Assembly: GCA_973895155.1 (NCBI GenBank)
Contig: OZ316893.1
Coordinates: 3,578,490-3,642,489, forward strand
Reading direction: 5' to 3'
DNA: 64,000 nucleotides
Source: Marsupella aquatica
Taxonomy: Eukaryota > Plantae > Marchantiophyta
Shown here in pieces: positions 1 through 13,403 of the stretch. Below the pieces are notes generated by a model. It ran no database searches. It was given only the letters and a program-made list of their open reading frames with translations, and had not been told where the DNA came from. Position 1 is the first letter of the stretch; each line of letters starts with the position of its first letter. The translations under genes were made by a program, and so were the position numbers.

Positions 1-2537
1 GAGTATAAAAGAAACAACTTCTAAAGTAATTTAATGAGTTTTATATCCTATTTCACATTGGTATATATACTGACATAGGAAAGAGTTCCACAGGAATCCA
101 TATAGCAGTGTCAAAATCTAAGAATATGTAAGTGCCAAATATGAATCTAGGAAACACTGCATCACAAAAATTCTTTGGATGTCCTTGACCCTGGCGAATT
201 TTAATAAACCCTTGATTTTCATGACCCCCGCCCCCCTGCACAACACCCCTATGTGTAGAGCGTTTTCCCTTGACTCGCTGAGAGAGCGGGAGAGAAAGAA
301 TTCAACACGTCACATAGTATAGGACATACGGCGTTGGCAGAGCCGACAATAATCTGAGCAGCAGCAGCCCTTGTGGTTGTACTCCTGGAGTCCTAGTACC
401 TTTTACTGTCTTGTCATTGGTCTTAAGGATCATTCAGTAGCACTAAAATAATGAATTGTACAATTCTCACTCAGCATCTCATATGTCATCTCATACTCTA
501 ATAATTAATAATTACTGAACATTTTAGTATAGAGGACAACATTTTAGAGTGTGTAAAACTTGTAAGAATTACAATATATATTACATGGTTTAGGGACATT
601 TTAAATACTTTAATGTAAAACACTGATATAAAGGTAAACATAAGACAATTGTTTTGTGACACCTACATAATGTAACTTCAATGCCTTTCTTTTTCTTGAT
701 TGGTGTCCTCTGTGGACCAGTCCTCGTTTTCTTTCTTTTCATTATACTTTGTTTTTCACTTTTGTATAAATAAATTATTAATGGTTCCTCGGGAGAAATG
801 TAACATGCAATCCCCTATTCCCCTCAAAACTCCTCCATTGGCTGTTTATGAATTGAGTTGTGGTTGGGAAACAATCCTGACTGTTGGATGGTAGACATTT
901 GTTTTTTGTGGTTGGATCACCCTTAGACCCCTTCTAGAGCCTGTCTGCACAGCTCCCCCACCACCCTCGCTTTGCACGCCTGCCTGCAGCACAATGGTCT
1001 GCCTCTCAGCCCCGCTTTCGGCCCAGTGCCCATCTGGAGAGGGGAAGGAGAAAAACTTGAGGGAGAGGAGACTGAGGGGGATGAACAAAATGACAAAAGA
1101 CCTTCTCCCTTGCAATCACCTCCCTTTGCCCATGCCCCAGCCCTCCCTTGCTTGCCCTCCTGGTAAACTGTCAACAACACCGTATGGTACCATGGCTCAA
1201 CCCCACAGGAAATGCTGATGACTAAGTTTTGTTTTGATAACATTTTTGCATCAAAACATTCATAGTGACCCAGTTCCTTGCCTCTACCATACTTCTTTTT
1301 CTCAATAACTTCCTTGCCTTAACTACATTTCCATGCCTCCAGAATTTTTTTGCTTGGAGTACACACCCTTGCATCAATGACATATAAGATGTGTAAACAA
1401 TTAATTTGTCCCCGTCAAACTTCTTTGTTTCACCTTTGAGTACTTTGCCTCACCTGGATATTGGGCTTTTATGAAACGTCAAAATATAAACTTTGTGAGC
1501 TGATTAAATGTAACAGTCGTTGTTAAGTTTCATATAAGAATCTGGGTAACTTAACAACGACTGTACATAATGTAATGTACAACATTCACAGTGCAGCTTC
1601 GCCGTAGTCTGAGGCAAGGATGTACACTGTTGCTCCTGGGTAGATAATTGAAGTTTGAAGGTACAGAACATTATTTTAGCAACAACGTCCAATAATTGCA
1701 GGACTATTAGATCGATGTACTTGACCCATAAAATCTGGTCGGACTTTGTGGCTCCCTTGCAATTTGCATTTTGGGCAAGCGCCTCACGAGAAGATAATAG
1801 ACACTTTAAAAAACCAGCCTTTATGCAGGATATGCGATATGGATTATCAATATCAATTGTCTGACCCTTCACATTTTCGCAAAGTGATGCTATCAATTTT
1901 CAAAAACACTTACAGTGTCCCGAATGCACGTTGATTATTGTGTTTATCTGCTACATAATTATGTAGATGCCACTCTTCGTATTGAATGCCTGATCTGTAT
2001 CTGGTTCTCTGATTCTCAGCTCAACCTCTAAAGAAGTAGTACTCACACCTGTGCACACCAAAGAGACCCACACCATGGGGAGATTAAGCAAGCACGTGAG
2101 ACCCCATTCACCCCGGTTTGGCCTTGACGGGCATATTGGGGATTGCATCCCGTCACCCAGTCGCCCAGTCCTGCCCCAGCCCCGACCCTGCCCAGACCAG
2201 AAAATCAATTGCTTGTGGTTGTCCCATAGTCTAGACGGGTTTTGTTGACTAACTTCTGGAATGGAGGACTGCCAGCCTGGGTAGGAAAAGACTTGTGCCG
2301 CAACTTTGAAGGGACCATCAGGGTTGGAATTAAAAAAATGAGCTATATTGGCTCGAGGCGAGCCCCACAGCAACCAATGGGAGTGCTCTATGACCACAAC
2401 AATAAATCTTATTATAAAAGCGCTAAGGGGCTAGGGTCTAGAGTCAAGCCTGGGGTGAAGTCTCTAGACCGTAACCCTTAATACAGACAAAAATGATCAT
2501 GAGTCTCAATAAAAGAAAATATGAATGAGGATGGACA

Positions 2538-2637
2538 AAAATGATATTGATTCCAAATAAAGACAAAACTGAAATGAGGAAAATGATATTGATTCCAAAT
2601 AAAGACAAAACTGAAATGAGGAAAACTGAAATGAGGA
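2538..2637. repeat. Tandem repeat, 42-bp unit x2 plus partial copy
   Basis: aaaatgatattgattccaaataaagacaaaactgaaatgagg occurs at 2538 and 2580, followed by a partial aaaactgaaatgagga. Confidence 0.9.
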
Positions 2638-2672
2638 TTGACAAAATACAAGGATGGGGCAAAGATTAACTG

Positions 2673-2816
2673 AAGTAGCATAGATATGATTGTTTTTCTT
2701 CACATCAATTTTATTACACATGATTGTTTTTCTTCACATCTATTAAGTAGCATAGATATGATTGTTTTTCTTCACATCAATTTTATTACACATGATTGTT
2801 TTTCTTCACATCTATT
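2673..2816. repeat. Tandem repeat, 72-bp unit x2, with internal sub-repeat
   Basis: aagtagcatagatatgattgtttttcttcacatc...ctatt occurs at 2673 and 2745. Each unit contains atgattgtttttcttcacatc twice. Confidence 0.9.
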
Positions 2817-3129
2817 TACATTCAGGAATGGGTAATCGGTTAGTCTCTTCAATCAATGAACATAATTATTTGGGAGATTTTAAACTGTGAACCCAAGCTT
2901 TAGATTAATTCCCAACTAAATTTTAAAGCCATACAAGTCACTGCCTAATTATATGCCTAATTAAACTCCCTTTTTTCTTTGGTAGCTGGGAGTTTAGGGT
3001 TGTTCCACTACCATAATTGATCACTAAGTAGGGGTAAGAAGACATAATTATATACGGGTTTTAGAGCCCACTACGGCCAGTAACACGTCGGAGTTACAGC
3101 TCTGCTGTCAATTTGTTGGCTTGGGACAG

Positions 3130-5086
3130 AACAATAAACGTTGCAGCACTTAGATGAAGATTTGATCAATGTGACAACCCTGAACAACTCTCTTTGCAGC
3201 ACTTAGATGAAGATTACTCGACTTGGGAACCCTCAGCAATTCTCCTTGTACCACTTCGTTGGAGAACGATCTAAATCGAAATTCACGTTTCAAGAACTGC
3301 GCGACATTTGTTCAAGGGAATATCATATTATCCGATTATCATCGAAGGTGTCGGAATCAGACAGCTTATGAGCTACCGTAGGCTTCACGTGAGATATGGC
3401 TTGGTATTGGATCATCAGCATAAATCAATTCAGTGAGGGCCCAGACGGACTGTTAGAGTACGGAACCAATATGTTTTCAATACTCGAACCATTTCCAACT
3501 CTCGTTTTCCGGGCCTATTTTCACCTGCTACTGTCAATCAAACCTCTTTCTGGAATTCTGAAGCGACAGGTTACTGATGTCCGGAGCCTCACATAGATCA
3601 GGATTGTCTATCATGCTCCCAGCCCCCAAGTCCTCTTTCTCACCTCGGCTGCCACACGGTAGGATCTACTTGACGGTCTCTTGTGACATGGCCCAGCTGC
3701 CTCTATTTTCCCAAACTTCATTCACTGTGGGAAACTGATGAGGTTCCTGTTTTTCGCATTTCGGGGACTGTGGAGCAGAATTAAAGCAGCTCTGTGCACT
3801 GAATAACTTCACGGCTCATTTTCAATTCACTCAGGTCGGATTACTCCACTGGATATGGATAGGAAAAGTTAATGCAGCTGAGTTCATAGTTCATACCAGC
3901 CTGAGTCGACCTCTGGAATCCAACCATGTGCTGTGGGCGATAGGTGGTCCAATATGTGGTTTGGTGGTACTAGGCAAGCGATTGGTCGGCAGTACAACTC
4001 AAATTGTCGTGCAGTAGTACATTTCTCACACAAGTGGTCTGCGGTTCTCCAATTCGTCTCTCCAGCCCTCCTCGTTGCTGTGCTGGTGAGATGCAATCTT
4101 TGGGAGGTCCAAAGTTCCAGATGTCTAATGCGCCAATTCGTAAGAGACCAAGGTACGCCCTTTCAACGAGGTTCCCGACATTATGATAGGGGCTAACGAA
4201 TGGAATCACTGGATACTGTCCACGAACAAGGTGTCGCTGGCTCGACCCACGTGCTGGCTACGTACATGGGGTCGCATCATTTTGCAACCTGCTGGAGTGG
4301 GCCGAAGGCTCCGATTCTGGAGGGAAGAAAGAATGATGAAGATCAATTCTACTTAAGCCTTGCGGTCTCGCTTGCGGTCAAGTCTGCCGATTCGCATGCC
4401 TACAGCATGGTTTGTAAGAGAACCTGACCGACGGAACTTTTCAGCGCATAAAAGTTAGTTGTTCATTCTCACTCAGCAACGAAAAGGGATCTACTGTAGG
4501 ACTACGAATGTGTTGTCCGACTGTGAGCTTGAGAAGGGCTACCCGTAGCAGACTATAGCTAGACTGCTCCAGACAAGCACCGTTAACCGGGGACTCGACG
4601 ACGGGACTTCGTCATGGATCCCATTATCACTCTCAATTGCTGCAGAATAATGTCTAAAGCAAGCGAACATGTTCTTGGAATGGAATTCTTTGAGAATGAT
4701 CTCCTCTTCTTCGAGGCAATTAGAAGTGAAAGTGAGAGCTTTTTTGGGGGGTAGTAGGCCCCACAACTTTAGTGACGATCATTCTACACTTGAATCGTGG
4801 TCCGACCAAGGTTTCACTTTTCGTGTGTGGAGGGAAGGCAGGAAGATACACTTGAATCGTGGTCCGACCAAGGTTTCACTTTTCGTGTGTGGAAGGAAGG
4901 CAGGAAGAACTCTGTCCTTGTCCCACCTTCGAGTACGATCACCTGAGTAGTGTTAGACCCCGCATAGTGGAGGCTGGTGAAATTTATTTTGGGAATCAAT
5001 CGAGCGTTTTTGGGCAGGAAGGTAGGCTCGCCATGGTCGCGTACGAGTACATGACAATTTGGCTGGAAGGGATTGCTAAATGCTAA
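3130..5086 (+). pseudogene. Possible highly decayed TORNADO1-like (LRR-Roc-COR) gene relic
   Basis: Weak motifs in different frames but in the expected order: LQHLD twice (~3140, ~3195; RI-like LRR), FRAYFHLLL (~3505), LYFPKL (~3700), FIVHTSL...LW...VVLGKRLV then TFLTQ (~3883-4035; cf. TRN1 LIPSIL...W...VYSGRHL...FLT), QFVRDQ (~4135). Many stops and frameshifts. Recognition by eye only. Confidence 0.3.
4785..4908. repeat. Near-perfect 62-bp tandem duplication
   Basis: tacacttgaatcgtggtccgaccaaggtttcacttttcgtgtgtggagggaaggcaggaaga occurs at 4785 and 4847 with one mismatch. Confidence 0.9.
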
Positions 5087-6384
5087 TAGTTCTTTAATAT
5101 GGGCCAGCGATTAGAGCAGCAGCACCTATGACAGCTATGGAAGCAACTTAATAGCCATCCCAAGTTCCCAGTGACAGCCTGACGCAACGAATGCAGTGGC
5201 ACCACGCCCACCTCTGCAGTTCATCATCATTCCGCGAATGGAAGCAGCTTGTCAGCCATCCCAAGTAATTAACCCAAGAAAATGTTTGATTCCAGGGAAT
5301 ACAGACTGACGCAACTAATGCAGCGGCGCCACTCACACTGCTACAGTAGGCACATGCACTTATTAAAAACTCTTCGAACTGAATGTGGTAACCAGTTTCT
5401 TTGATTATAATTCAAAATCGGGTTGGGATACTGGCATTGGGTAGGGATACCGGCACGCTGCAGAACAATCTTTTCAGGCTTTCAAGTAGTCATAGTTTAG
5501 ATAAACTTCACAGCATCGAAGTTGCAATCATATTGAATTCAAAAATCCTGTAAGATTCCCCCTTGTATTTTCCCACTTATAATTCGTTTCTGGTCAAGTC
5601 GTTCTACGAGTTCCCAATCCTTCCAGGATGCCTATACTCACCGTATGTATGGGTTAGTAAGCCCTTCCCTGAGTCAATTTCATCTGACTCTTAAAAACTC
5701 ATTTTTCATCTCCCTTAATTGTTGGACGTCCAGTTCTTTGACGAACAACTAGGGCGGCATGAAATCCTCTAGTTGCATCGCTCGGCCAATGGATGTGCTA
5801 CCGATGCACCCGATTGCCAAGACGAGGACTTTCACAAGGCGTATCCAAACCAGTCAGCGGGAACTCACACCAAAGAATGCTATCCATGTGCCCATGCCAA
5901 ACAATTGAAAGAGGATCCAAAATATGAATAGTCGACGTGACTTCAAGATTGAGAAAAATTGTGACAGTTGGAATTCAAGAAAGAAACAGACGTCAGGACA
6001 TCGACGTTTCGTAAACTCGAATCCGCCACACCATCACTAATAACCTTGACCTGAGAAGTACAGAATTAAAGCCTGGAGCACGGCCTGAAATTCAAATTGA
6101 TCCTGACTTTGGAGGGTTACTTATGAACCGTGATCTGATTGACTTGTGCAAGGGCAAAATGATTGATAGTTCACGGATGTACCTCGCTTGATTGGAGACT
6201 ACAGGAATTGCCTAAACTAAACTTTACAGGTAGTGAGGACATTCTTCATACACATGGAAAAGTTTACGAAGGATGGGTTCTTTCCGCGCCAAAAGTTCTT
6301 GCCAAAATCTACGAAGAAGCCTCTGCAATTGATGAAGAGAGACCCACATCATCAAATCTCTCATTTTGTCAGCGTGCATCTAGG

Positions 6385-7464
6385 CTATCTCTCTTGACAA
6401 GTGTTTTCCGAAGCAGATGCCGTCGACGAAGGTGCAGCGGCGCTTGAGACGTCATCATGCAAGATTCTGTCGCCACACGAGCTCGGAGCCAGCTCATTTG
6501 TATTTAGTACATGAGAGAAATCGTGGCCTTCCTCCTGAACGTCAGGTAATATCGAAATGCTGACAAAACGCCCGGAGACATCACAATTCTCAGATTTATG
6601 GAATCGAGAGGCATTACTGTTGCCAAGGCTAGCCTGTCGTAATGGAGAATTACACACAATATCACACTTCTCGAGGTCACTCAGACAGCCTTCTCGGGGC
6701 AATGGTTCAGGTGCACTTGGGCAATTCTTCCCCTTCCTCCCGTAACATCTGCCACGAAGAGCTTCGAAACGAGCTTCAAAGCGTTCCAGAACTGAAATTT
6801 CCACATGAGGCTCGAGTGAAGAAGGCTGTTGTTGTTCTTCTTCCATCATGCCCCTGTGCGATTCCTGGGCGACTGAAGCTTGAAAGTTTCTAAGAAGAGT
6901 ACTCTCTGGTCGAGCATGTGCATCGGAAGAAGTGGAGAGAACATTGCTTCTGCACAACGGGCAGAACGGGTGTGATTTGAGCCAGCCGTCGATGCAAGCA
7001 GGGTGAAACATGTGCTTGCAACTGGGCAGGAGCCGGAGCTCCTCTCCCTCCTCGAATTGGCTCAGGCAAACTGCGCACTCCAAGTCCAGCTTCAGTCCTT
7101 GAAAGCTCTCGGCCAAGTACACAACCAGAGGCAGACTTCTAATCGCTTTGACATCAACCGGGCTGCCATCTTTGATCACATCTTCCCACAGTCTAGACCC
7201 GCCGGAGGTGTTATTGTTGTTATTCTGCCGATTCATGTGGGGCCTCATGAACTTTGCAAACACAGCAAATGCTACCACGACAACGAGGGTGAAGCCCAAT
7301 CCAATGATGATGATGGCCACATTGGGCCTCAAGGCTGGAAGCCCCTGATCGTCCCCGATCACAATGCTGCTGTCATCTTGAGGGTAGTCTCTACAACCAG
7401 TGCATGAAACTCTCATGTAACTCCCAGGCCCCGGTACAAGGTCCAAATCAAAATTGTGCGACAT
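6385..7464 (-). CDS. ATL: ATL-family RING-H2 E3 ubiquitin ligase, intronless, 359 aa
   Basis: N-terminal TM helix VAIIIIGLGFTLVVVVAFAVFAKFM, GLD-like motif PVDVKAIRSLP, and RING-H2 CAVCLSQFEEGEELRLLPSCKHMFHPACIDGWLKSHPFCPLCR. Confidence 0.93.
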   Translation of the reverse strand: MSHNFDLDLVPGPGSYMRVSCTGCRDYPQDDSSIVIGDDQGLPALRPNVAIIIIGLGFTLVVVVAFAVFAKFMRPHMNRQNNNNNTSGGSRLWEDVIKDGSPVDVKAIRSLPLVVYLAESFQGLKLDLECAVCLSQFEEGEELRLLPSCKHMFHPACIDGWLKSHPFCPLCRSNVLSTSSDAHARPESTLLRNFQASVAQESHRGMMEEEQQQPSSLEPHVEISVLERFEARFEALRGRCYGRKGKNCPSAPEPLPREGCLSDLEKCDIVCNSPLRQASLGNSNASRFHKSENCDVSGRFVSISILPDVQEEGHDFSHVLNTNELAPSSCGDRILHDDVSSAAAPSSTASASENTCQER

Positions 7465-8919
7465 CTTGAATGCAGACCTCGAAATCTAGCCTTTTTCACC
7501 ACCCGCCTATTTCGCCACTCTCAGTTGAATGCCCGTGAACACCACAAAATGAAAAAATCCCAGTTGATGTTGATCATTATGCATCCGCTTCCTATATAAG
7601 CAACAGTGCCCACCCGTCTTGAGCAGAACGAGTTCACCAGGGAGCTCAGTTCACATGAAGCTGCAGAGATTCGCTCATTCAGACTGATAGACGTTGGAAG
7701 CGAAGCCAACGACAGGGCTGACAGAGAAGACACTTTCTTTACAGAGAGGTTTGCGATTTGGAGGTGGGTAACTGAAAATGAGGTTCTGGGAGAATTGAGG
7801 GGACAAGTGGTGTGAGATCATATGTACGAGAGACTGAGACCAAAGCTCAGCTCTGGCAAGCTATTCAAAGTTCTTGATTGTTCAAGAAAAGAAGTCCGAG
7901 AGTAAAAATTCAGCACCTCACGAGAGAAAGATTCTACCAAACCTCCCTCTGCAATTGACACAGAAAGCCATTCCTCGAATTCAATGCTGCTTCTGCAATG
8001 AGATTCACAAACAATGTGAAGAGCATCAACAAGAGGAAGAAACTGAATCAAGTCTCCTACTGGTCTTCAACACCAAAGGGAGGAAGCCGAGCAAGATGAT
8101 AATAAGCTCCACACGCAAACTCTTCACAACAGCAGCAGCAGCAGTGTGTCCATTCAGATGGCGACTGCGAGCTCACCAGCTCGTCGCTTCATTCAACAAG
8201 AGTCCCAACCAATATATGTTTCACCATCACCATGAGTTCTTGGCTCGCCCCAATCACCACATTCCCCTCATTTGTAGAGAAAAAAAAATCAATGTGCCTG
8301 TCAATTTCAGGCCACTACCAACAACAGAAGATTCATATCACTGCATGATCACGGTACGTTCAGGGGCGGACTCCCGCTAACAATCTCAACGAGAAAGGAG
8401 GTCGGGACGTTCCTTTGCATCGGAACTAACAAGGGATTTCCTCCGAGACGAAATTTGTTAGAGGTCTTCTGGACTAATAATAATTGGTCGTCCTCGTCGA
8501 CGACCCACCGAAGACCAAACATAGAGAGGAAGCCTACTGAACTGTAGCTACCGCCTCAAACTAACTCAAGTTACAGCCTGAGCCCGCTCTGGTTACGGCC
8601 TCGATCCACTTACTGCCTCGACCCGTACCCAAACTTCATTAACTACCGCAGTAAAGGCAATTTGACTAACTACTGTAGGAAATAAGGGCCGTTGAGATAT
8701 TGTGTTGACGGTCAGGATTTCGATAGAATCCAGGAATATATTGGTTTTGGCGCTAAGAAGCTGCAATAATTTACTACGGGCACTGCCGCCTTACACCACC
8801 CTGACAGTACGGAATTCGAGGCCGTAAAAGAGACGCCATGATTGTGGGCTTTGGACAGAAGGGCGACGACAGGTTTGGTGCCGACACGTACGCTTCTGAA
8901 TCCTGATAGAATAGCCCAA

Positions 8920-10880
8920 TGAACTCTTATAATCCCAACGCCTTCGCCCCTCTCTAAGTGCAAACTCCCGGGAACAAGCATCCATGTGCACTTAAATTTA
9001 CTTTGAGATTTTTGCCTTTGTAGTTTTGAGTTCGTTATTCGAGCAGCTCATGGGGAAGATTCTTTCCATTTTACTAAATTAAAATAATTAAAATAAAAGT
9101 GCCTTAGATGTAATAGGGTCTTGGTATTTGGGTATCATCTACAATTATAATAAGGGTTCGGGTCTTTTTTGGTCTTTCATCCCCATACAAAAAAGCTTAT
9201 GGGCGAGAAAGATCCATAGCCGTTGGATTTTATTAGTTGTTTTTGCTCACCATTGATGAGAGAAATGTACACCCCTATCACGTATTTGCTTCCCGCTGCC
9301 CAGTAATGCCCTCGGCCAATCCCTATGGGCCTGCCCTCCTTGCACAGTGCAAAGCACTGGCATCAGGCTCGTGGACAATAATAACCCCTCGAGCTCGAGC
9401 TCTGATTTTGGTGACAATAAATCCCACACTACCTTGTAACCAAAATTTCATTATATACTTAGTGCCTCTCTAAGGTTTAGGGCATTATGGGGAACAGTTT
9501 TTTACTAGCCGGTCCCCTTAACTACCCAATTATATTAACATGTCACTCAAATAAAATTAAAAAATACCAACCCATCCCCCATAATTTTGTATTAATATTA
9601 AGTCATATATGGGTTCCCGTAGTGGGCCCGAGGAAGGCTCAGGCTATCCAGTAGCAACTTGCCACATGGTAATGGGAACCCATATACAAGTGAATATTAA
9701 CCCAAATACAAATTAGGGGACACGTTGATAATTAATATTGTTTTGGGAACAGGTGAACAATATTGGGTAATTTGGGGGATTGGGTACTCGGTAAAAGCTG
9801 TTATGGGGATTAATGTAAAGTCAAAATTTGGAGGGGCTCATTACAAAAAGTTATTTCTTACTTTTGCTAACATGAGTAAAATTAAATATGTTTTAGGCTT
9901 TTAAGTGTATTAAAGTCCTATTACTAGAGCATTATGGGCACAAGTAGCCACTAGAACTCAAGCTCACTCTAGTTGGTGAGGGGGAGGTTGGGGCACTATA
10001 TCCCACAATAATGCAAACTCCCTCTCTACCTAGGTGCAAACTCCCACGAAGAATAATCTGTGTGCACTTAATGCTCTCTGAGATTCGCGTCTTTGTGAAT
10101 TTGAGTACTTTGTTTGAGCAACCTTGGGGAAGATTTTTTAATTTTTTAATAATTTTTTTAACACTTTATCCAAAAGGATTTTTTCTATTTTTAAGTACTA
10201 GTTGAGCAAAAACCAACTCACAAGGGCATGCACATGATTGACCATCAAGCGACCAAGTAATCATTACAAAGAGATACATGGTCACAGCCTATGAGGCTGT
10301 GACCATAGGGCCGCATGAAAAGTTCACTACACTCTTAGCCCAAAGGCCCTAGCAGGTATATAGTAGCAGCATGGTTAACCTAACCAAGTTTGCAACTATG
10401 GTTACAATCAGAACTCTAGACCCAAGAGTAAATGTCTCACAAAAATTTAAGAAAATAAAAATTTCTTAGGTCTTTAAACCTTATGGTCCTATTACTCGGG
10501 TGTCATTAACAATAAGTACCACTCAAAACTCGCAAGCCCTCAGCTCTAAGGAGACATTTTGTAGAGACTTAACTAGGGTTTGCACTATGTCATAAGTACA
10601 AAAACTATAAATTTGCATCAATCAATAACGTGTACATTGCCTACATACAATGAGCTCTCCTTAAGTGGACATTTTTTGGTCTTCCATCATGGTAAATTGC
10701 AAATCTCTCCACTAGATGTGATCTTCTTGCTACCGAGGTAAAGTGCCAATGCAAACAGATTTTAACCCAGGTATGTGCACCCCGGGATAATCAACAAGTG
10801 TAAGTCAAAGTAATTGCCTGAGGAATTGTGTGGTTACCCAGGGGTGTTCATAAACACTCATAGAGGGTTTGCACTTACTA
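8920..10880. mobile_element. Nested cluster of decayed non-autonomous DNA transposons
   Basis: A ~120-bp segment (gtgcaaactccc...gtgcactta...tgagatt...tttgagt...gagca...ggggaagatt) recurs directly at ~8955 and ~10030. Inverted copies of its end (gggtttgcact) lie at ~10575 and ~10865. AT-rich with no credible ORF. Confidence 0.55.
9494..9801. mobile_element. Foldback MITE, 308 bp, with 8-bp TSD TATGGGGA
   Basis: TATGGGGA at 9486-9493 and 9802-9809. Ends acagtttt.../...aaaagctgt. Internal arms pair along most of the length, e.g. ttaatatt...tatatgggttccc / gggaacccatata...aatattaa. Confidence 0.8.
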
Positions 10881-13403
10881 CCTGTCTTTTTGTGCAGCCC
10901 TCTTTGCAGTTACAACAAGTGCAATTGATCTAGAAAAGGGAAGAAGGATGCCTTAGCCAGGCGTTTTACTTACTGAGAGTGCATTTAGGAAGCAACTGTA
11001 GAACTTTGAGCATCATTGTCCTATTAATTAATCGTTTGGACTTCACTCTCTTTGTATTGTCTCGGGACCACACAACATTTAGTAAACTTGCAACAAAGAG
11101 AACATTCCTCTTGTGTTGAGTATTTTTTGGAGTTCTTTTTTGCATTTTGTAAATTGATTAGTCTACAATCTCTTTGTACTAGTACTTTAGGTCCCTTTGT
11201 TCACACAATTGACAAAGCTCTCTGTGTATTGTGCATCTTTTGACCACCTTTCTTATGTCTTGAATGCATAATCACAAAAGGCAATAATGGAAGTTGTCAT
11301 CCCCACAAACCGAAAGAACCGATTTGATACATTGGGATAGACATGCACAGAACTCCTGCTAGCCTGAGAGCCATCTCCCGTGTCATGCCTGGCCCTTAAA
11401 CTTGAGTACTTCCAGTCCCTCTCCCCTTGTCCGGAAAAACAGTTGAAAATTATTCGCTTAGTGACCAGTAGCTATCCTAGGTCTTTTAGTGTCATCTGTT
11501 TTGGTTTTCTTGTACTTGCACAATATTGTGCTAAAAAATGGATGTTGTGTTTGAACATTATTTGGCTTTGTGCTTGAATATTGGAGTTGTGGGACGACTC
11601 ATAATTTTGTATCTTTTGTACTCAATGTATAACAGGTTGAGGGCAAAACTGAGACACACTGTCCAAGTACTCTGGGTTAAATAGATGTTGTGTTTGAGTT
11701 CAAATATTTTGAACACAAGGCCATGACAATGTTTGGGGGAAGACAGTAGTACATTACAGGGGAAATAAAACTGTATCTCCTTCATTCACAAAAGTTGATG
11801 GTATTTTGAGTGAGGACATGGAGAAGAGGAATCCAGTGAAACAAACTTCCCTACAAGCATAAGCCAATGTAAGAACTTCGAAGTAACCTACAGTACATAA
11901 ATCCTAACAAATAAAACCACTGCAAACTTTGTGCCCAAATTAATGAAAAACACTTCAACGAACCAAACCAGGAGCACGACTCCCGGTCAATCAAGACCAT
12001 CCAACCAAAGGAGGTTCCGAATAGAAATCTTCCACCACAGCAAATGGACGATCATCAGTTCCAAACTGACTCTGCAGCTAGAGTCAGTTTCAGATGTAAC
12101 GATTCTACATGTTATCATGGAAATTGGACGAGTAACATAGCTTTGAGAGCAAATAAGCAACTCCTGTACTGGTGATGATGGACCAGTGGGGTTTGTTCCA
12201 TTTGTGGGCTAAATCCCTGTACCTTCTATCTTTCTGTAGCGGGTTTAATTTGCCTCTTTCAAGGGGGAAGAAAACATTCAAGAAAAGGGAAAAAATAGCT
12301 GGGCCAGTATTCAGGATGTTGTGGAGAAGTCGATATGACGAAGAAGGTTTTAATACGGACTGCTTTCCCGGATGGCAGAATTTGTCCTTGACAATTACAA
12401 GTTTTGCGTTTGGCTTTTACTGTCAGGGAATGCAAATTTACATTGTCATTGCCCTCTGTAGAAACAGCTGCATTCGACGTCTTGTAGCTATGTTGACGAG
12501 ATTGTAATTTGTAGAGCTCCCTGAGCATGACGATGACGATGGTAGAGATAACGAAATGTTCGAGACAACTAGGTTCCAAGTCCTACTTTGGTCTAACCAT
12601 TGAACTGTCGTGGGGCTTACGACGAATCACTGTATGTCATGCAGCTGATCTAACTGTGTGCAAGTTGGTTTTCTGGCGTCATGTTGTGCAATTCATTGAG
12701 ATTGAGTGAGATTTCTGCTATTTGTTGAAAGTAGGAGTGCTCTACTTTTTTCGTTTCAGGTTTCCTTTGAAGCACCTGATGGGCTTCCCTCCCAATTTGT
12801 ATTGTCTATGAAATTCGTGTGCAACAGTGAATTATATAATATGGATATTTAGAGCATGGGCTTTTACCGAGCATTTACCGAGCAGACAGGCAGACAGCCG
12901 CTTCATGATCAAGTGTGTTCGATGCCCGGTTCGATGAGGGAAGGGCAATACGTTAACCGTAAACTTAATGGGAGTACGAACAAGATGATTCAAACCACAC
13001 TTTATCGGGCCACACAGGTAGTTGCTTTTGTGTCTAGCTGAGGTTTATCTCGGATTACGTTTCTGTCATTGATGTCGAGGAGTAGTTGTGGCTAGAGTAA
13101 GTGCGTAGTGCTCATGTCGAAGTCTACAACCCATTCTTATCCTTTCTTTGTGTATAAATCAGATTCTGTGTGTTGTCGCTTGCAGTCCGACAAATGCAGG
13201 GGTGGTGGCCACTGGTGGTGGGGCTGATGTTGGTTCGTCTTGGGAGTTGGATCGGGCACCAAGCCGAAAAAGTTGAAAGGTGTCGCGTGGGTATTGATCA
13301 CACGTGCTAGGCACGAATTTGCAATTCCAGCCATATAGTTGCATATTGTTGCTTTTGAAAGCTTTTGCAAATTCAAAGCGATAGAGATTTAGTTATTTAG
13401 TTA

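Noticed and set aside
7874-8380. 168-aa plus-strand ORF upstream of ATL
   Set aside because: Non-ATG start and no recognisable motif. It is likely antisense to the ATL leader or promoter.
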